Assembly: GCA_038883855.1 (NCBI GenBank)
Contig: JAVZLH010000013.1
Span: 1 to 31,639 of the forward strand
From: Candidatus Bathyarchaeia archaeon
Lineage (GTDB): Archaea; Thermoproteota; Bathyarchaeia; Bathyarchaeales; Bathycorpusculaceae
Length of the DNA stretch: 31,639 nucleotides
Reading direction: 5' to 3'
The notes beneath the pieces were generated by a model. That model had not been told where the DNA came from. It searched no databases and was given only the letters and a program-made list of their open reading frames with translations. Of this stretch, positions 27,395 to 31,639 are shown one piece after another. A program made the translations under genes and the position numbers. Within the stretch, counting starts at the first letter, position 1. Each line of letters opens with the position of its first letter.

Positions 27395-27865
27395 ATGAGG
27401 AAGGTTGAGGCTAGAATAAAGACGCCTTTCGGAGAAATTGTTGTGGCGGGAGATAATCCGCAAGAAGTTTTAGGTTTGCTGGAGAATTTTCCGCCAGATT
27501 TTATGGAGAGAATTTCTAATGTTGTCTCCCAGAGGCTTGTGCCTTCTGGCGCTCAGTTGAAGGGCATTATCGAGTTTACTACTGAAGGGCCCGTCATAGT
27601 GACCCGTGAGAATCTTACGCATTATGAGGCTATTGGTTTGGTGCTTTACGCTTCTGAAGAGCGGAAGAACACGGCTGCACAAGTTCAGAAGCTTTTGGAG
27701 TCTAGCGGGATTAAGTGTATGGTTCCAGCGCGTCTTAACGAGATGACCAAACGTGGGCAGGTGTTTAAGCCTGACCCGGCTAAGCCTGAGTTTAAATTGA
27801 CTGTTCAAGGCGAAAGGTGGATTGAGGATGAAGTTTTGGCTAGGCTTAGGGGTAGGATGGGTTGA
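27395..27865 (+). CDS. Hypothetical protein: N-terminal module + C-terminal winged helix (paralog B)
   Basis: EARIKTPFGEIVVAGD.PQEV; LTHYEAIGLVLYA...ARLNEMTKRG.V.K...FKLT.QGE; GGAGG SD (alternative GTG 27389). Confidence 0.8.
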   Translation: MRKVEARIKTPFGEIVVAGDNPQEVLGLLENFPPDFMERISNVVSQRLVPSGAQLKGIIEFTTEGPVIVTRENLTHYEAIGLVLYASEERKNTAAQVQKLLESSGIKCMVPARLNEMTKRGQVFKPDPAKPEFKLTVQGERWIEDEVLARLRGRMG

Positions 27866-28371
27866 GCGAAGCGGAAATAACGGTTCATGTGAAGTTTGGG
27901 GATGTTGAGAAAACTTTTAGTGGCGGTTTGGAGGAGGTTTGGCTTAGTCTAAACAAGTTTTTCGGTGAGTTCTTGCCTTCTTTTGAGGTTGCGAAGAAGC
28001 TTTTGCTTAGGGTTGATCTGGAGGAGCTTTTAGCGTCTTGTGAGGGTTTAATTGGTTTTTCTAGAGAGGAAGGTGCTTGTTTGCTTGTTTCTAAGGAGAG
28101 GCTTACTGACAACGAGACTTTGCTTTTGTGGCTTCTAGCCTACTATATCGGTTTTAGGCTGGGTTTTGTCGGGGATGACGCGGTTTCAAGGGATGAGTTG
28201 CAGGCGAAGCTTGGGAAAAGTGGTAAAATTACGAGCACTAGGCTTGGGGAACTTGTTAAGGGAGGTTTGGTCGCGAAGACTGGTGATGACAGGTATAGGA
28301 TTACGAGTTTCGGTGTTCTGCAAATGCAGAAGGAGATTATTCCACGGGTGAAGGCAAAAACAAGTAGTTGA
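27862..28371 (+). CDS. Hypothetical protein: N-terminal module + C-terminal winged helix (paralog C)
   Basis: ITVHVKFGDVEKTFSG.LEEV; LTDNETLLL.LLA...TRLGELVKGGLV.K...YRITSFG; TTGA start/stop overlap with paralog B. Confidence 0.8.
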   Translation: MSEAEITVHVKFGDVEKTFSGGLEEVWLSLNKFFGEFLPSFEVAKKLLLRVDLEELLASCEGLIGFSREEGACLLVSKERLTDNETLLLWLLAYYIGFRLGFVGDDAVSRDELQAKLGKSGKITSTRLGELVKGGLVAKTGDDRYRITSFGVLQMQKEIIPRVKAKTSS

Positions 28372-28956
28372 ATGATTAAATTTTTGGGTTTTAAGCAGGT
28401 ATTTTATTAGTTCTTTGCTTATTAGGGGTTTGCCATCTTTTAGTGGATAAGCGTATGGTAGATGTATGAGGTGGTTTTCGCTCACCTTTATTGTTAAGCC
28501 TTTTTTCACCGGGATTTTTTCTAGTGGTATTCCTTCATTTACAAGTTTTGCCATGTAGACGGCGCTGTCTATGGAAAACTGGGTTTTTCCGATGTTTCTG
28601 GCTGTGGCTTTTGGGACGCGGCTTGTTATGAGCGTTGAGGTTCTGCCTCTTGGCGGGTGGTCGCCTAGAATGCCGCCTACCACCACAGCCTTTTTGCCAT
28701 TGAAATCTTCTGGTTTTAGTGGGGTTTGGGCTTTTGGGTCTAGGATTATTATTTCTTCTTGGCTGAAAATTTTTGTGAAATCCTCTTGTCTTGCCCTTGC
28801 GATTTTTGAAAGCTTTAGGTAATGACTTTTCTTTTTCACGTTTGTGAAGATTAAGCGGTTTTCACCCGCAATTTTAGAAGCATGCTTATACTCTATTAGG
28901 AGCCACCTGCCAACTATCGGTTCCAGATGCTCAATAACGAAAAGGGGCTTTTCCAT
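28186..28956 (-). CDS. Sfm1-like SPOUT methyltransferase (DUF431/COG2428-type)
   Basis: VIEHLE....W...EY, LDP.A...L.PED, VVGGILGDHPPRGRT, RNIG..QFSID; the last ~60 codons look like read-through. Confidence 0.85.
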   Translation of the reverse strand: MEKPLFVIEHLEPIVGRWLLIEYKHASKIAGENRLIFTNVKKKSHYLKLSKIARARQEDFTKIFSQEEIIILDPKAQTPLKPEDFNGKKAVVVGGILGDHPPRGRTSTLITSRVPKATARNIGKTQFSIDSAVYMAKLVNEGIPLEKIPVKKGLTIKVSENHLIHLPYAYPLKDGKPLISKELIKYLLKTQKFNHSTTCFCLHPWNNLLLHLQNTETRNPIPVITSLRDQTSLNKFPKPSARNFTTFPKLRLQLIP

Positions 28957-29143
28957 TTTTAACCACGCGTTCATAAAAAGGGTTGAGTTAAGTTAAGATT
29001 ATATTTATTTTTGGCTGTGGAAAAAGCCAATACCGATAGCCCCCTCTAGGTTTTTGGCATTGAGCAGCTAAACTTTAAAATAGAGGACGCTGGGAGAAAA
29101 GGGTCTAAAGTTTAAAATGAATTTAAGGGGAAATAGAAAACTT

Positions 29144-29542
29144 TCACCGTGTCTTGGCAAGTTCTGCAACTTTTTCTTTAATCTGTTCATACACTTTCCA
29201 AGCGTCTTCTCTAGTCATGTAGTATGGGTCTGCAATGTTCCAGACAATGATTTTACCCTCACATTCTGGGCAAAGGCTCAGTATGTAATCCCTATGCCAG
29301 TCTTCCATAGCTACGATGACATCGTAATCGCTAAGCTTTTTAACGTCTAAACTTTCTGGAGCGGTTTTCAAATACTGTCCCGCGTTTTCCCTTTTCAGAA
29401 ACTCTCTAACCATGTCAGCAACTGGAATGTCTACTTCCACACCAGCAGAATCAACAATCCAATCTGGCCGCATCTTCTTCAACAAAGCCTCAGCCAACGG
29501 GCTTCTATGCGCATTACCATAACACACAAACAAAACCTTCAC
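29144..29542 (-). CDS. Low-molecular-weight phosphatase family protein (LMW-PTP/ArsC fold)
   Basis: VLFVCYGNAHRSPLAE P-loop (Cx5R), DSAG, YDVIVAM, WNIADPY; GTG start after GAGGG. Confidence 0.9.
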   Translation of the reverse strand: MKVLFVCYGNAHRSPLAEALLKKMRPDWIVDSAGVEVDIPVADMVREFLKRENAGQYLKTAPESLDVKKLSDYDVIVAMEDWHRDYILSLCPECEGKIIVWNIADPYYMTREDAWKVYEQIKEKVAELAKTR

Positions 29543-29668
29543 GGCTAATTCGCCCTCTCACTACAAATTTCCTAACAATTTTTGGAAGTTTTCAACTGCA
29601 ATACCGACCCTACCCTTCTAGGATTTTCTTCTACGGATGTTTTGTTGTTTACTGTTTCAAATATGTTT

Positions 29669-29740
29669 CTAGATTTCGCTCGTTGTGATTACTCCTTTAG
29701 TTGTTTGTTCTGGCGTGTAGCTAAATATGTATCTTTTCAA
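29669..29740 (-). pseudogene. Short 5' remnant of a gene coupled to the DUF5678 gene (possibly its retropepsin-like partner)
   Basis: TTG overlaps the upstream TGA; LKRYIFSYTPEQTTKGVITTSEI*. Confidence 0.35.
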
Positions 29741-29947
29741 AGGATTAACTCGTCCACTATTTGGATGTAATAGATTTCTATTTGTTCAGGCTTGAGTTTT
29801 AGGTGTTTTTAGGGCTTGTTTTAATACTTCGGCTGAGTTGTTTCCGTAAGCGATTATTTTGTTTTTGTATATGGCTACATGTTTTCCTCTGTATTTCTGG
29901 TATTCTTCTGGGCTTATTCTTGGAGCTTTAACAACGGTTTCAGTCAC
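29737..29947 (-). pseudogene. Frameshifted DUF5678-like protein
   Basis: Not in ORF track. VTETVVKAPRISPEEYQKYRGKHVAIYKNKIIAYGNNSAEVLKQALK/HLKLKPEQIEIYYIQIVDELIL*; shift at T5 run 29806-29810. Confidence 0.65.
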
Positions 29948-30126
29948 TGCCCTTACTCAAACAATAATTATCAAACAATTATTTAGCCTTATGGCATATA
30001 ATTGTATAGTTAATGGAAAGCCTAGCCAAAAAAGAAATCACGATAACCTAAGCCCGTTTACCACTGTATAGATAGGATAGCTTACGGGTGGCGCCATACT
30101 GAAAAATCAGTGATCCAAGGTATGAG

Positions 30127-30701
30127 TTAGGCACTATTTATGTTTGTTTTAGATTTGAGTGCGGCTAAGTCTATTCGAGATATCCATCTTATATGAAGCG
30201 CTAATGATACCACGGTAAAGATTGTTACCAAAATGAACATCAATGGTACATTATTAGAAACTTGGTGATAAAGCGCTTCATGTGAACCTTCAAGGAGGCA
30301 AGCAAAACCTTCTGCTATAAGGCTTCCAGTTATTGTGATTTTGGTGAAAACTTTCAATAATATGAGAGCATGCCTCAATCTTTGACTTCTTATGCGATTT
30401 ATTAAAAAATCGAATACCCTTTTAAAGAGTATATAAAAACGTAAAGCACTATTACCGCAAATAGACCTCCACCATATTTCAAAATATTTTCTCGCCAATC
30501 ATTAGTTGGTACGTAAATTACCTTCCCCCATTCTATTTTTAAAATCTGAACACCCAATAAGACACCTACAAAAGCGTGCCCCAATTCATGAAAAGGTGAG
30601 GCCAATATGAAACCACAAGCAATTACACTAAAAGATAAACTGATTATCAACAGAAGAAGGATTATCACGCATTTCAAGTATCGCAATTCCGTATGATTCA
30701 A
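30127..30701 (-). pseudogene. Frameshifted M50-like intramembrane metalloprotease-family protein
   Basis: FHELGHAFVGVLLG...YGGG in 30402-30701; adding one base at run 30435-30439 joins it to the hydrophobic 30127-30498 ORF. Confidence 0.65.
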
Positions 30702-30840
30702 CTCGCATTAGCAGCATTATTTCCAAACTGGTTTTATTTGAAGTTGAAGAATTATTTTTGGGTTTTGCTACGATATTCATATTAATAGTTCACGCGTGTA
30801 AGTTAAAAAAGTAAGTTGGGGCACATACATCCTTTTTGAT

Positions 30841-31242
30841 TTATGGTGGTGGTCTTTTTTGTGCGTATTGGTATCTGCGGGGTTTTCCTTCGCGTGTTAA
30901 GATGCCATCTTTGACCAAGTCTATTAGGGCGTGGGCTACGGCTGTGCGGTCGTAGTGGAATCCGCGTTTTGCCATTTTGCTGTGGACTTCGCTTAGGCTT
31001 TTAGGCGTTGCGAACCAGCCTTCTTCCCAAAGTTTTTGTATTAGGCTTTTGCATGTTTCTGCCCGTGGCGGTGGTGGTGCGCGTTCCGCCATCAACGGCG
31101 TTTCCTTAAGCTTTTGGGTTAATGTTGATAGGATGCGGTCTACTGTTGCCTGCAGTTGGTCTTCTTGGCATTCTATTTCGAACTCTATTTCTCCTATTTT
31201 CATTTTTACTCGTATTGGTGGTTTTGTGCTTGTTTCTGTCAA
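30841..31242 (-). CDS. Hypothetical protein: N-terminal module + C-terminal winged helix (paralog D)
   Basis: IRVKMKIGEIEFEIEC.EDQL; W.EGWF..PKSLSEV..KM..RGF.Y....V...L.DLVKDG.LTR.G....YQY; TTG 31242 after AAGGTGG (the 31386 start overlaps NurA). Confidence 0.82.
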   Translation of the reverse strand: MTETSTKPPIRVKMKIGEIEFEIECQEDQLQATVDRILSTLTQKLKETPLMAERAPPPPRAETCKSLIQKLWEEGWFATPKSLSEVHSKMAKRGFHYDRTAVAHALIDLVKDGILTREGKPRRYQYAQKRPPP

Positions 31243-31266
31243 TTTTCCACCTTGTTGTTTATTGAA

Positions 31267-31299
31267 TTGTGCATCTTGTTCATGCACAACACTTATATA
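31267..31299. promoter_or_regulatory. Perfect inverted repeat next to the TATA box of a divergent promoter
   Basis: TTGTGCAT-N7-ATGCACAA (31267-31289), then CTTATATA (31292-31299). Confidence 0.65.
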
Positions 31300-31332
31300 C
31301 GTCTTCCCCAAACAAACTGCTATTGGTGAATC

Positions 31333-31639
31333 TTGGTGATTGAACAATACACTATAACAACAACACCAAAATATAACTTTCCACACCCCACCACAGACAC
31401 AACATTACCCCAAAGACTCATAGAACTAAGCATCCACTCCCTCAAAAACGCAGTAAACACCAACTCCATTCAACTAAATCAACAAACAATTCAACAACCA
31501 TTCAACAACAGCATCATACACCTAAGCCTAACACCAATACCGCTAAGCCCAAAACACGACGCAACAACAATAGCCGCAATAGACACCTCAAGCATGAAAA
31601 TAGGCGAAACCGCCACGGGCACGCTCATAGCCATAAGAG
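31333..31639 (+). CDS. NurA-family nuclease-like protein (3'-truncated by window)
   Basis: Open frame missing from ORF track: VIEQYT...PIPLSPKHDATTIAAIDTSSMKIGETATGTLIAIR, resembling the NurA first catalytic strand (hAhDGS); GGTGA upstream. Confidence 0.65.
   Translation, partial: MVIEQYTITTTPKYNFPHPTTDTTLPQRLIELSIHSLKNAVNTNSIQLNQQTIQQPFNNSIIHLSLTPIPLSPKHDATTIAAIDTSSMKIGETATGTLIAIR

Noticed and set aside
29144-29542. Calling this gene arsC
   Set aside because: The P-loop is CYGNAHR and the resolving-cysteine spacing of thioredoxin-type ArsC is not evident; kept at family level.
31243-31386. N-terminal extension of paralog D (MWKVIFWCCC...)
   Set aside because: Overlaps the promoter and the NurA start; TTG 31242 has an SD.
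1-31639. CRISPR array, rRNA, transposase or integrase
   Set aside because: No regularly spaced repeats or recognisable motifs seen.

Overview
Archaeal chromosomal window. GatDE, rpS30e, Elp3, an A1:U72 tRNA-Gln and a PEF-CTERM surface protein point to TACK archaea, most like Bathyarchaeia (lineage is inference). In order it holds: a 5'-truncated repeat-rich PEF-CTERM surface protein, UspA, radical SAM-TRAM, a half-size MFS, tRNA-Gln(CUG), an htpX / ECF S-component / DUF4430 / acdB run divergent from a MetE-core-like gene, rubrerythrin, Zn-ADH, an AT-rich decayed stretch at the 3' end of tRNA-Leu(CAG), rps30e-elp3, gatDE, a peptide ABC transporter, a wHTH gene cluster, an Sfm1-like SPOUT, an LMW-PTP, several frameshifted genes and a 3'-truncated NurA-like gene. 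Best leads: (1) four apparent paralogs with an N-terminal beta-beta-alpha module plus a C-terminal winged helix, falling into two subtypes; three are in tandem and one is divergent from NurA across a perfect palindrome, which suggests an undescribed heteromeric DNA-binding/chromatin system; (2) a circularly permuted OppA/DppA-type binding protein; (3) kb-scale G+T versus A+C strand-skew blocks independent of gene direction; (4) clustered homopolymer frameshifts at 26-31 kb. All family calls come from motifs recognised by eye; no searches were run.
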